A stretch of 64,000 bases of DNA, from IMG/VR virus record IMGVR_UViG_3300024272_000069; one strand, given 5' to 3'. The translations under genes and the position numbers were made by a program. Origin of the DNA: a virus. Positions 1 through 8,736 of this stretch are shown here, piece after piece (the stretch's first letter is position 1; the number at the start of each line of letters is the position of its first letter). A model generated the notes under the pieces. It was not told the origin of the DNA, did not search any database, and was given only the letters and a program-made list of their open reading frames with translations.

Positions 1-583
1 TCGGTCTTGTCAAGAGCCTTAATGGCGTCGGTGATCTGCTTATTAACAGTTTCCTCACCAACAAGACCTTCAAGTGCGGTTAGACGGCTGTTGATTTCGG
101 TGAAATCAATAGTGGCAACAAGAGTACTAAAAGTTGTGTCGTTCTTAGCTGGATCGGTAGCCATTAACTTAAAGCTATAAGGATTGGCATCATCACGAAC
201 AACAGTGTAACGGGTATCGGTATCCTGAATCTCATCGTGGTCAGCGATAACTTCATCAACGAACTCCTTGAGGAGATTGATTTCGCTAGCAGTATACTCT
301 GGCTTGACCGCGGCCTTTGCCCAAGCATATACATCTGCAGCAAGAGCAGATACGAATTTTAGATCATTGTAATGGTCAGTGCCATTACCAACCTTCATTA
401 CGATGTTTGGAAGGTTTTGAAATTCATTATTGCTATTATTATTAGTGGTATTTGCCTTATCGCTAGTCTCAACAGTAGCAAAGGCAACTTCGCCCATCTT
501 TAAGATTGGGTTCTTAGAAGTCCAGTTAGCAAAACTGTCATACTTTAGTTGAATTCTTGTGTTAAGAACTTTCTCAGCCATGT
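1..583 (-). CDS. hypothetical structural-like protein; N-terminus (MAEKVLNTRIQLKYDSF...) at 583, C-terminus runs off the window
   Basis: Open minus-strand frame from the window edge to an ATG at 581-583; no in-frame stop. Confidence 0.55.
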
Positions 584-610
584 TTAAAACACCTCAAAAA
601 GATAGTTTGT

Positions 611-2065
611 TTAATAATTACTAGTACCACCATAAAGGACGAGTTCTTCGCCTTCTGGAATATAAAGGTTACTAGTGGAGATCTGATTTACACTCATGAT
701 ACCAGTGGCATCAACGAAAACTTGGTTAACTTCAAGACTACTCTTAACACCACCGAGAGTAGTTTCAGAAGCAATTGGAAGAGTATAACCGCTTCCATCT
801 CCAGAACCACCAACTGCGGAAAGTACACCAGATTCATCAAGAGTTAAACCATTACCGATAACAGCAATAGGCGGCATAGCCGCGAGTTTATCAACATCAT
901 ATTGACTTAATACTGGTATGGCCGCAATATCTTTAGTATTTTGTTCTACTAAAGCCTCAAGACCATTCCACTTATCACGCTCTGCCGCAGTGATATGAAC
1001 AGTATTATTAGCAAGATGATTCTTTAAACTGCTAACTGGAATACCTGCACTAACAAGTATACCGCCAGCTGCGATTTCAGGTAAATCACCTTCATCATAA
1101 GTTTCAACAACAGGAATATAATTAGATAGATCAACTTGAGTGTCTCCGATAAATTCAAAGGCACCATTGATAACCATATACTCATTATATTTATCAGTTT
1201 CAGACATTGGATTATTTAATACCATATAAATAGTATTAACATCCGCATCTTCTGGCGCAGGAAGTACATCAACGACTTCACGCTTTAATGTTCCCGCAGA
1301 AGCAACTGCTGTTGCAATTTTTTCTTCAACAACTTTTTCAGAAGCAGCAACTGAACCATCTTGTAAAACAAGATTTCCAGTTAGTACGCCACCAGTTGCA
1401 TCAATCTTACTAGCAAGTTCATTTTCAAGTTCTTGTGTCTTTTCAGATTGTTGCTCTGTTGTAGCTCTTAGTGCGGCAATGCTGCCGTAAATTGTATCTG
1501 CTTCCGCCGCATCTTCTTTGTTACCAATAGAAGCTGCGAGGTTATCTACTGTAGTTTGTAAACCAGTAAGTGCGGGACCAATGTCTTCTACTGTAATAGC
1601 AGAAGGCTCATACCAAGCAAGTTCTGGTTCACCATTAGTTGTGTCTACACGTGGTTCAAGGCCAGTCATCCAAGGATTGGATTCACTTACCTCAACAAGA
1701 ACATGAGTTTCAGATTCTGCATCCCATTTATAGTATTTAACGCCCCAGTTCTTTAAAGACAAAGTTTCTTTATTAAGAACTATTGTACGATTATCACCAA
1801 AAATTGCTTCTGTTCCAGAAGCAACACCAGTACCAACTTCAATTAGTTCGCCTTCGATGTTTTTGATGATATAGGCAGTGGCTTCGCCCTTTTCATCAAT
1901 GAGACTTAAAATTTGACCAACATATGCGGTGGGGTTGCTTGCCGCATAATTGGCCATTTCGCCATAACTATACCATACTGCACTTGCATCAAGGGGAAAA
2001 GCATTACTGCGTCGTACAGCTCGTGGTATAGCAGTGCTAGCCACATTTTTTCTTATAGTAGCCAT
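611..2065 (-). CDS. hypothetical 484-aa protein with a central coiled-coil; possible fiber or structural protein
   Basis: Intact ORF from the track; Gly/Thr-rich ends and a heptad-like middle segment; no in-frame TAG. Confidence 0.6.
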   Translation of the reverse strand: MATIRKNVASTAIPRAVRRSNAFPLDASAVWYSYGEMANYAASNPTAYVGQILSLIDEKGEATAYIIKNIEGELIEVGTGVASGTEAIFGDNRTIVLNKETLSLKNWGVKYYKWDAESETHVLVEVSESNPWMTGLEPRVDTTNGEPELAWYEPSAITVEDIGPALTGLQTTVDNLAASIGNKEDAAEADTIYGSIAALRATTEQQSEKTQELENELASKIDATGGVLTGNLVLQDGSVAASEKVVEEKIATAVASAGTLKREVVDVLPAPEDADVNTIYMVLNNPMSETDKYNEYMVINGAFEFIGDTQVDLSNYIPVVETYDEGDLPEIAAGGILVSAGIPVSSLKNHLANNTVHITAAERDKWNGLEALVEQNTKDIAAIPVLSQYDVDKLAAMPPIAVIGNGLTLDESGVLSAVGGSGDGSGYTLPIASETTLGGVKSSLEVNQVFVDATGIMSVNQISTSNLYIPEGEELVLYGGTSNY

Positions 2066-2133
2066 TACTTACCACCCCTTATGCTAAAACTACAGCTAAT
2101 GGCAATCCTAGTAGTCAACATTGCCATATCGCA

Positions 2134-2661
2134 TTATACCTCCTTTGCGGAACCACCGTAGATAATTGGAGAACCGTCGCCGATAAGTACTGTGCGATAA
2201 ATAGCGGTTAAGGTACCTTCACTAACAGACATTGTATTAGTGCCCTTGAAAGACATAATGTTGTGATAATTTAATTGAGCTACGGCCCCACTTGGTAATA
2301 CAAATTCACCAGTACTCCAGTTATATGTGCCAGCACATGGAATAACAGTGATGTATTGGGTCGCTTCACCGCTGGAGGACTCGTGTGTAAGGGTAAGTGT
2401 AGTTTCTCCGGCTACGGGTGTTTCTACCATTACTGGTGTGCCTGCAACTGGAATGAAAGATACGCTTGCTCCCTCTACAGAGGCTGGAGTGGTGAAGGAG
2501 TCGATCATTTTAGAACTACTCCAAATACGATCTTCGCAAGTGACGTTATCGTCAATAAATGCTTTATCGGCTTTTGCCATTAGCTGACTAATATCACGAA
2601 GTGTGCTATTAATGCTTTTACCTGTTGTGTCTAGGAGAATTGGACTTGTAATCTTACCCAT
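2134..2661 (-). CDS. hypothetical protein (175 aa)
   Basis: ORF track; SD AGGAGA 10 nt upstream; TAA stop. Confidence 0.55.
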   Translation of the reverse strand: MGKITSPILLDTTGKSINSTLRDISQLMAKADKAFIDDNVTCEDRIWSSSKMIDSFTTPASVEGASVSFIPVAGTPVMVETPVAGETTLTLTHESSSGEATQYITVIPCAGTYNWSTGEFVLPSGAVAQLNYHNIMSFKGTNTMSVSEGTLTAIYRTVLIGDGSPIIYGGSAKEV

Positions 2662-2667
2662 AACTTA

Positions 2668-3084
2668 TCATTCTCCTTCATTATAAGTTATATTAAGTTT
2701 GCCGTCAACTACGCTCAAGCCAAGATCTTCAAATTCGGCTGTGAGTGTACTATGGGCTTCATAAAGATTGTTGTGGGCCTCGCTAAGTTCTGAATAAAAA
2801 GTTTCCAGAACTTCTACTTTTTCTTCAACTGCGGCCAAGTCTTCTTTGGTAGCAGCTGCAAAAATGAGGTTTGTACCATCATTAAATTTAACGACGAGTG
2901 CTCCCTCTTCATTTAAGGAAATACTTTTTACATCGGAACCTTGGATATCCAAAGGAGTTTCTATAAGGGTTCCATCTGCAAGAGTAAAAACAAGCTTGCC
3001 ATCTACGTATTCTACTTTGCTTATGCCGGTGGCGGCTTGTCCTATGGTTTTCTTTAGTAGGGCATATGTAACTACATCAAACAT
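2668..3084 (-). CDS. hypothetical protein (138 aa)
   Basis: ORF track; TGA stop immediately followed by the SD and start of the next gene (translational coupling). Confidence 0.55.
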   Translation of the reverse strand: MFDVVTYALLKKTIGQAATGISKVEYVDGKLVFTLADGTLIETPLDIQGSDVKSISLNEEGALVVKFNDGTNLIFAAATKEDLAAVEEKVEVLETFYSELSEAHNNLYEAHSTLTAEFEDLGLSVVDGKLNITYNEGE

Positions 3085-3090
3085 AGTTTA

Positions 3091-3273
3091 TCACCCCAAC
3101 TTATACCAGGTCTTTTTACCATCTACCATATATACTTCAGAGGTTGGAACAATAAGGGCACAAGTGCCTTGCTCATCATAACCATCCTTTAGTAGTTTAG
3201 GAAGATCATCCACACTATCAATTGCAAAGGTGGGGGTAATATCACTGGGGTTAGAAATCATTCTGTAAGACAA
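3091..3273 (-). CDS. hypothetical small protein (60 aa)
   Basis: ORF track; SD GGGAGG upstream of the ATG at 3273. Confidence 0.4.
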   Translation of the reverse strand: MSYRMISNPSDITPTFAIDSVDDLPKLLKDGYDEQGTCALIVPTSEVYMVDGKKTWYKLG

Positions 3274-3582
3274 AATAATTACCTCCCGGAAAATAAAAAT
3301 AAGGAAAGGAAAACATAGAAGGACATCCTATCTGAAATTAAGAGAGGAAATATATAAAAGAAGAAGGAAGGTCATCAGAATTTTACGATAGGGAGGATGG
3401 AGGATGGGACGTACTACAACGGTGGGTGGCTCTTGAGGGGAGATGGCCAGCCCTGGAAGATTGGTGCCCATACCATCCGAGATTTGTCAAATTTTTAAAA
3501 TAAAATTTTCCTTTCTAAAACATAAGTGAAAATCCCCATCCACAATGAAAAGAAAAATTCCCAAACAATCAAAAAAAATAAC

Positions 3583-3610
3583 GCGGTCTGGCGATTGCTC
3601 GCCAGACCGC
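3583..3610. terminator. bidirectional intrinsic terminator (GCGGTCTGGCGA-ttgc-TCGCCAGACCGC)
   Basis: Perfect 12-bp GC-rich stem with a 4-nt loop; A8 on the left and T-rich on the right give a U-tract in both orientations; sits right after the stop of gene 3617-4036. Confidence 0.7.
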
Positions 3611-3616
3611 ATTTTC

Positions 3617-4036
3617 TTATACAATTACCCACACTCTATCTTCTTCTTCACTGTAGATTATATTATCTTCTTGATATAACGGTAATTCTGATTCTATTAA
3701 TAATCTTTCTGCCTCCAGCGGACTGACCTCTTCTTGGTTCAAAATGTCGTTGATAGTTTTGACCTGTGTTTTGAGCTCATTTACAACTGTCGAGTTTTGA
3801 CCTTCTAATGGTTCAGAATTTTCCGTTGTTTTGAACTCCTCTAATGGGTCAGATTTCTTATGTTTTGAACTGCTGGAGGGGTCACTACACTGATGTTTTG
3901 AACCATCAAGGTTCAAAACTCCCTCAGACCTTAAAAGTTCATTTTCATTTACATTTACATTTACATTTACATTAAGGTTTTGACCGCTTTTGAACCCTTT
4001 TGACCTTTTGACCTCTTTTTGTGAATCGTTTAACAA
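3617..4036 (-). CDS. acidic Ser-rich repeat protein with an (Asn-Val)n tract
   Basis: ORF track; coding hexanucleotide microsatellite (TTACAT/CATTTA x5, ~3945-3977) encodes NVNVNVNVNV; GTTTTGAAC motif recurs about 8 times in and around the gene. Confidence 0.5.
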   Translation of the reverse strand: MLNDSQKEVKRSKGFKSGQNLNVNVNVNVNENELLRSEGVLNLDGSKHQCSDPSSSSKHKKSDPLEEFKTTENSEPLEGQNSTVVNELKTQVKTINDILNQEEVSPLEAERLLIESELPLYQEDNIIYSEEEDRVWVIV

Positions 4037-4051
4037 ATTTGGTTCAAAACC

Positions 4052-4456
4052 CTATTGAGACTTTTGAGCTTCACTGATACGCCGCTTTACAGTGCTTTCG
4101 CTAATATTAAGCATGCCCGCAATTTCCTTGTATGTCATACCTTGATTCTTCATATTAAGAATTGTTTCAGCATCAACAGAAGTGCGGGGTCTGCCGCCTT
4201 TTTTGCCATTAGCGATTTGTTTATCTCGACGTTCTTGTGCATGAGATATGGCGGTCCGCACCTGCTCGAATCCATACAACCATGCGGGGTTGGATTCATC
4301 GGGAAGTAGCCCATAGCATCCATATTCCATAATGGACATTAGATAATCATATGCCGCTTCCTTACCTGCAAATCTTTCTACATTCTGAATAGTTTTGAGG
4401 AAACTTTCGTAAAAAACAAATGCACTATCATTTGTCATTCTGCTCACGCTCCTCAA
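4052..4456 (-). CDS. small DNA-binding protein with a C-terminal sigma-70 region-4/ArpU-RinA-like HTH (candidate transcriptional regulator)
   Basis: C-terminal GGRPRTSVDAETILNMKNQGMTYKEIAGMLNISESTVKRRI is a typical HTH; 134 aa. Confidence 0.6.
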   Translation of the reverse strand: MRSVSRMTNDSAFVFYESFLKTIQNVERFAGKEAAYDYLMSIMEYGCYGLLPDESNPAWLYGFEQVRTAISHAQERRDKQIANGKKGGRPRTSVDAETILNMKNQGMTYKEIAGMLNISESTVKRRISEAQKSQ

Positions 4457-4608
4457 TATATTCAGTCATCGCAGCTGTCAATGCGGGAGTATCCTGAAAT
4501 ACGTATGCATTCATCCAAGGCTTATACGGATGTGGCACCACCTTTTCACAATAAAAGCCTCTGTCGATTAGGAAACGTGCTAACTTTAGGGAGTAGATAG
4601 TTTTCATG
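4428..4608 (-). CDS. small hypothetical protein (59 aa, MKTIYSLKLARFLIDRGF...)
   Basis: Internal ATG with SD AGGTGA; the longer track ORF up to 4790 overlaps promoter-like repeats. Confidence 0.4.
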
Positions 4609-4689
4609 GTATCACCTGTGTATTTGAAATTGGTAATGAGGGGTAGTCCTCGTTTAAGTTGTAGTTTAAGGGGGTTATTTGTCAATTGG

Positions 4690-5610
4690 TTTATTCTAAA
4701 AATGAAATTAAATTGCGGGGTAGGTTTTGAAAATGAAATTGCCTTTTTATAATTGTAATTGTAGCTGGAGGTACAAAATGAAATTGCCAAAGCAACTACG
4801 GAATAACTATTCTCCTATCCCATTATAGTATAATATATTTTTTTGCAATTGTCAAAAATTGGTGAAAGATTGTTCTATGTCATGTGCGGCGGAATGATTT
4901 AACGTTTGCAGCTGTTTTAATATGTTGAATAGTATTTTCATCGGACAAAAATTTTTATCAGTATGAGTATTAAGAAGACTTTTCGTTTGCTAAAAATACA
5001 GTTGTTTTTTGAAAATGAGAGTTGATTTTTTCAACTGTATTTTGACGATATAATCCAAGTCTGAGAGTTCCAAAAAAATTTTTAAAAAATTTTTTTCAGC
5101 TTATATTGACAATTCTAAACTGCGGCGGTATGATTAATGGTAGAGAAACAACAGAAAAGATAACTCTCATGTGCCTCCAGCAACTGTCGTTGCTGGAGGC
5201 GTATTGGTCCGCAGCTCTGTGTATAATTAAGATACCAATCTAATGAAACATATAAACCTTCCAGCTTTTTGATTTCTCACTATTTGTTTACAATTGTTTT
5301 TTAGTTTATATAATCCAAGATTTTCGAATTCTCTGGCTTCGATTATATCGTTAAAATACAATTGTATTTTGAAGATGAAAGTTCATTTTTACAACTGTAA
5401 AATTAGCAATCGAAAAGGCTTTGGTATGAGTGTTAGTAAAAAAATTTTTTCATCTATTTTTCTTTCTCCTCGTTTTTAATTTCCAGATAATAGACAAGAA
5501 AGATGCGGTCAAATTTTTGTGGTGTCAAATTCATACTTCTAAAATTTCAACTGTTTTTGTAGCTGCTAAAATTTGAAAAAACTGAAAATCTATTCTATAA
5601 TATATACATA
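4690..5610. promoter_or_regulatory. repeat-rich non-coding control region
   Basis: Direct repeats AAAATGAAATTGCC x2-3 (4697-4783); strong leftward promoter TTGACA-17-TATACT (~4825-4862, minus); IR AAAATACAGTTG...CAACTGTATTTT (4990-5046); palindrome AAAATACAATTGTATTTT (5362-5379); perfect IR CCTCCAGCAAC-tgtc-GTTGCTGGAGG (5170-5200); duplicated TGCGGCGG(A/T)ATGATT and TATAATCCAAG blocks; rightward promoter TTGAAA-17-TATAAT (~5570-5603) for gene 5777. Confidence 0.5.
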
Positions 5611-5776
5611 AGGTTGAGAGAGAAAAGAGAATGATAAGACAAGCCAGCTTGATATATTTGGTGGTGTCCCACAACCTTTTCCTCCAGCCTAACTAATATT
5701 AAGGGAAGGAAAACCCTGTAAACCAGTGTGGGTAGCAAATACGCCCACAGGGCAAATAGCCCAAGGAGATAATAAT

Positions 5777-6292
5777 ATGTCTGTTGAAACTCGTGAGGCA
5801 CTCCGTTCTAAGGTAATGGATACTCTTATGTCTACTTTCCCAGGCGCCCAGAAGGTTGTTGGCGGCGTCGCGTTCCTCTCTGATGTTGTTGATGAGGCTA
5901 CCGGTATGCTCTTCCCAGTTGAGCTAAAGGTAACTGTTAAGAACACTCAGGATACTGCTCGTTCCAAGGCTTATGACCTTGATGCCGAGGTTGCTAAGGC
6001 TGCTGAGCGTCCCGGCCGTCGTGTTGCTGATCCAGCTAAGAAGGCTCAGAAGGATGCTGAAAAGGCTGCTGCCGCGGAGCGTAAGGCTGCTAATGTTGCG
6101 ATCCTCCGTGAGTGGGTTAAGACCAATCTTCCAGCTGAGGGCATGATTCCTTCTGTTATCGCTGCGAATGTTCCTGAGTTTGCTGGCCTCAACCAGATGC
6201 AGGTTGGTACCTACCTAAAGGCTCTTGTTGAAGAGGGCGTGCTTAAGTTCGAGCTTGACGAGAAGCGTCATAAGGTTTACACCCTAGCGTGA
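5777..6292 (+). CDS. lysine/alanine-rich putative DNA-binding protein, paralog family member 1
   Basis: SD AAGGAG before the ATG; central low-complexity tract AKKAQKDAEKAAAAERKAA; shares VKNT...(Y/F)DLDA and MQVGTYLK motifs with 7918-8442 and 16279-16776. Confidence 0.65.
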   Translation: MSVETREALRSKVMDTLMSTFPGAQKVVGGVAFLSDVVDEATGMLFPVELKVTVKNTQDTARSKAYDLDAEVAKAAERPGRRVADPAKKAQKDAEKAAAAERKAANVAILREWVKTNLPAEGMIPSVIAANVPEFAGLNQMQVGTYLKALVEEGVLKFELDEKRHKVYTLA

Positions 6293-6390
6293 AAACCGCT
6301 TAATGTGAGAATTCAGGTGAAAGAGGATGACCCAGCTTGTTGGACGACTCAATGCCCGGTAATTCTTCACACATAATTTAATCCAATGAG

Positions 6391-6417
6391 GAAGCGAAGT
6401 AATTCGCTTCTTTTTTT
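6391..6417 (+). terminator. intrinsic terminator (GAAGCGAA-gta-ATTCGCTTC + T7)
   Basis: Perfect hairpin followed by TTTTTTT immediately downstream of gene 5777-6292. Confidence 0.75.
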
Positions 6418-6420
6418 ATT

Positions 6421-6700
6421 TGTGGGAAATTTTTAAAACAAAATTAATTTTATTTATTTAAAATAAATAATGAATTATAAAAAATAAAATAAAATAATAA
6501 AATATTTTTAAATAAATTTTATTAAAATAAATAAAATAAAATTATAAAATATAAAATAAAATTTTAAAATAAATTTATTTAAAATAAATAAAAATTAAAA
6601 TAAGTAAAATAAAATTATAAATTATAAAATAAAAATTAAAATAATAAAATAAATTTCTTTAAAATAAAATTTATTTAAAATAAACAAAATTTTTATTTAA
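6421..6700. other. ~280 bp essentially pure A+T tract with short tandem AAAATAAA(T)-type repeats; candidate DNA unwinding element of an origin
   Basis: Only a handful of G/C in ~280 nt; periodic aaaataaataaaat units; directly flanked by GC-rich iteron-like repeats. Confidence 0.45.
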
Positions 6701-6705
6701 AATTC

Positions 6706-6840
6706 TCCAGCTTATACAAACAAATCCTCCAGCTTGCTGGAGGGGCGCGGCCCAGGGTGCAGGGCACCCAGGGCCTCCAGCTTACCTACTTCCAGCTTCC
6801 AACCCAGCTTGTTCCAGCTTTCCAGCTTGTGTCAAATTTT
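6706..6840. repeat. iteron-like direct repeats (T)CCAGCTT x7-8 plus GC-rich islands and a perfect 15-bp palindrome TGTCAAATTTTGACA (~6826-6840)
   Basis: ttCTCCAGCTTatac...cCTCCAGCTTgctggagg...cCTCCAGCTTacctactTCCAGCTTccaacCCAGCTTgtTCCAGCTTtCCAGCTTgtgtcaaattttgaca; another CCAGCTT at ~6339. Confidence 0.5.
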
Positions 6841-6951
6841 GACATCCGTGGAGGGGTGCGGCACGGCCGCGAGGGGAAGGTGGGAGGGATCGCTGGAGGG
6901 TAGTTATAGAGGGATAATAGTTTGTTAGTCATAACTAACACCGGTGGGAGA

Positions 6952-6970
6952 TTAGATGTTGAACATCTAA
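6952..6970. repeat. 19-bp palindrome copy 1 (TTAGATGTTGAACATCTAA), 9 nt upstream of the -35 box of the promoter for gene 7051
   Basis: Perfect palindrome; followed by aaacgtgac-TTGACT-17-TATAAT. Confidence 0.9.
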
Positions 6971-6979
6971 AAACGTGAC

Positions 6980-7008
6980 TTGACTTTTTAGTGGGTATCC
7001 TGTATAAT
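6980..7008 (+). promoter_or_regulatory. sigma-A-type promoter TTGACT-N17-TATAAT for gene 7051
   Basis: -35 at 6980-6985, 17-nt spacer, -10 at 7003-7008. Confidence 0.75.
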
Positions 7009-7050
7009 AATACTTGCAAGGAGTCCTATAAACAAGAAGGAGGAAAACTT

Positions 7051-7278
7051 ATGAAGATTTGGATTGTAATGGTATGGGATTGCGATGACTGGGAGATTCT
7101 GGACGTTCTGTTCGATAGTGATGCGATTGCACCGCGTGTCACCGAACTGTTCAAAGAGGAAGAAGGCCGCACTGAAATCAAAGTAGAATGCTGGTATAAG
7201 GATCCCACTAATGAAGTCAATGGGTATTTTCTTGATGTTGATGCATATTGGCGGGATGATTGGCTGGAGGGTGAGTAA
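7051..7278 (+). CDS. hypothetical acidic Trp-rich small protein (75 aa)
   Basis: SD AAGGAGG 7 nt upstream; TAA stop. Confidence 0.55.
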   Translation: MKIWIVMVWDCDDWEILDVLFDSDAIAPRVTELFKEEEGRTEIKVECWYKDPTNEVNGYFLDVDAYWRDDWLEGE

Positions 7279-7292
7279 TCACCCTAATATAA

Positions 7293-7311
7293 TTAGATGT
7301 TCAACATCTAA
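7293..7311. repeat. palindrome copy 2 (TTAGATGTTCAACATCTAA) + promoter TTGACA(7321)-17-TATACT(7344)
   Basis: 9-nt gap between the palindrome and the -35 box. Confidence 0.9.
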
Positions 7312-7379
7312 AAATTAAAATTGACATATGGTCATATTTGTGGTATACTATCCATAGAAATAGAAAAGGAGTTGTCTGC

Positions 7380-7547
7380 ATGAAAGTTCTTCTTACTTGG
7401 ATGTATACGCATCCGCATGAGTTTATTCGTATTGTGTTTTTAATCATCATTGCGGCAATCTTTTCTCCTTGGCGTGTAGAGATTCTTTCTGTGTTGTTGT
7501 GCTTTGACTTGGTGTTGTTGTATCTGGTTAGAAATTGGAAGGAGTAA
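7380..7547 (+). CDS. small hydrophobic membrane protein (55 aa)
   Basis: SD AAAAGGAG; predicted transmembrane helix; internal ATG of the track ORF 7338. Confidence 0.4.
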   Translation: MKVLLTWMYTHPHEFIRIVFLIIIAAIFSPWRVEILSVLLCFDLVLLYLVRNWKE

Positions 7548-7551
7548 AATT

Positions 7552-7830
7552 ATGACCATTACTGTTGTTATCGAAGAAAATCATGGCCCTATCATTTATG
7601 CTAAGAATGATGACGCGGCAAAGCGTGCCCTGTTGGAAACGAATTGGGTAGACCAGTTCTCTGATGTATGGTGTCCTGATATGAGTGAAGATGCTCTCAT
7701 GGATGCCGGAGACTTCCGTGCATTGAAGGATGTCTATGGTGATAATTGGGAAGAGCAGTATCTTTCCTTTGATCATACTAAGCTGGAATTGATGGGTTAT
7801 CATTTTTATACCGTAGAGTTGTACGAATAA
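7552..7830 (+). CDS. hypothetical protein (92 aa)
   Basis: SD GGAAGGAG; ATG at 7552; TAA at 7828. Confidence 0.5.
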   Translation: MTITVVIEENHGPIIYAKNDDAAKRALLETNWVDQFSDVWCPDMSEDALMDAGDFRALKDVYGDNWEEQYLSFDHTKLELMGYHFYTVELYE

Positions 7831-7848
7831 TCGTACACTCCTTTTTTA

Positions 7849-7867
7849 TTAGATGTTGAACATCTAA
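7849..7867. repeat. palindrome copy 3, at a convergent gene junction with no adjacent promoter
   Basis: Between the stop of 7552-7830 (+) and the terminator of 7918-8442 (-). Confidence 0.9.
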
Positions 7868-7878
7868 AAATCGCCTAC

Positions 7879-7910
7879 AAAAAAATAACAGGGGATTTGC
7901 ATCCCCTGTT
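7879..7910 (-). terminator. intrinsic terminator (AACAGGGGAT-ttgc-ATCCCCTGTT) for minus-strand gene 7918-8442
   Basis: Perfect 10-bp stem; T-tract on the minus strand (A-tract 7879-7886 on plus). Confidence 0.7.
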
Positions 7911-7917
7911 ATTTCCA

Positions 7918-8442
7918 TCAGGCACGGCTGTAATACGGCTTGCCCTTCACGACTTCACGCTTGACCGTCTCGGCGTTGTCCGCGGCGATGTTCTTGAGGT
8001 AAGTACCCACCTGCATGACACTGACTTCGGCAAGCTCCGGAATCGCCGCCTTGATGTCGGTGGTGGTCATCGGCTCGTCAGTCAGATTGACCATGCACCA
8101 GTCCTTGACAAGCTCCTGCTCCGCGTTACGCTTCGCACGCTTCGCTTCGGCTTCGGGATCGACTTCCTTCGCCTTCTTCTCGGTCTTGGGTTTCGCGTCA
8201 TTCTCCGCACGGGCGGTGATGGCGGCATCCAGATCGAAAGCCGGAGAAGTCTTGGTGGCTTCAGTGTTCTTCACGGTGATTTCCACGGTGGCGAACACGG
8301 TGTTGCCGTTCTCGTCCTTCACGCCGGTGTCAATGGCGTAGCAGTCCTTCTTGGCAACGCGAACCGGAATCAGACCAGCAACGGAAGCGGCGATCAGGTT
8401 CTCAACAGCGGCATTGGCGGCAACACGAATCTCGTTCTTCAT
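7918..8442 (-). CDS. lysine/alanine-rich putative DNA-binding protein, paralog 2
   Basis: Shares VEITVKNTEATKTSPAFDLDAAI and MQVGTYLKNI with paralog 1; KTEKKAKEVDPEAEAKRAKR tract; TGA stop; two tandem upstream promoters (consensus TTGACA-17-TATAAT at ~8525-8555 on minus; a second next to palindrome 8650). Confidence 0.65.
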   Translation of the reverse strand: MKNEIRVAANAAVENLIAASVAGLIPVRVAKKDCYAIDTGVKDENGNTVFATVEITVKNTEATKTSPAFDLDAAITARAENDAKPKTEKKAKEVDPEAEAKRAKRNAEQELVKDWCMVNLTDEPMTTTDIKAAIPELAEVSVMQVGTYLKNIAADNAETVKREVVKGKPYYSRA

Positions 8443-8649
8443 AGGGTATCCCTTTCTGCTTTTTAGGTGGTCGCATCACCTGTCGTTTTGTTTTCCTCTC
8501 TTGAGGATGTATTCATTATACCAGAAGATTTGGAATCTGTCAAGAGTTTTTTGAAACTTTTTTCAATTTCTTTTTTCTCTTGTTCTGTTCCTCTCTCTCA
8601 GGTACGAATATAGTATACATCAAATTTTAGAAAAAGTCAATGCTTAATA

Positions 8650-8668
8650 TTAGATGTTCAACATCTAA
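8650..8668. repeat. palindrome copy 4, flanked by divergent promoters
   Basis: Rightward TTGACT(8678)-17-TATACT(8701) for 8737; leftward TTGACT-17-TATACT (8613-8641, minus) for 7918-8442. Confidence 0.9.
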
Positions 8669-8736
8669 AAATGGTTATTGACTTTTTGTTTTAGGTGTGC
8701 TATACTATCAGTACCAACTGAAAGGAAGTGCATAAA

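Noticed and set aside
1-4790. Integrase or lysogeny module in the leftward operon
   Set aside because: There is no tyrosine or serine recombinase signature, repressor/Cro pair or attP-like tRNA fragment in this window. The phage may be virulent, or the module lies outside the window.
6421-6700. AT-rich tandem repeats as a CRISPR array or protein-coding region
   Set aside because: There is no repeat-spacer periodicity of 28-37 bp with unique spacers. The tract is pure A/T low-complexity. Track ORFs 6734-6928 and 6786-7019 are GC-island and low-complexity artefacts.
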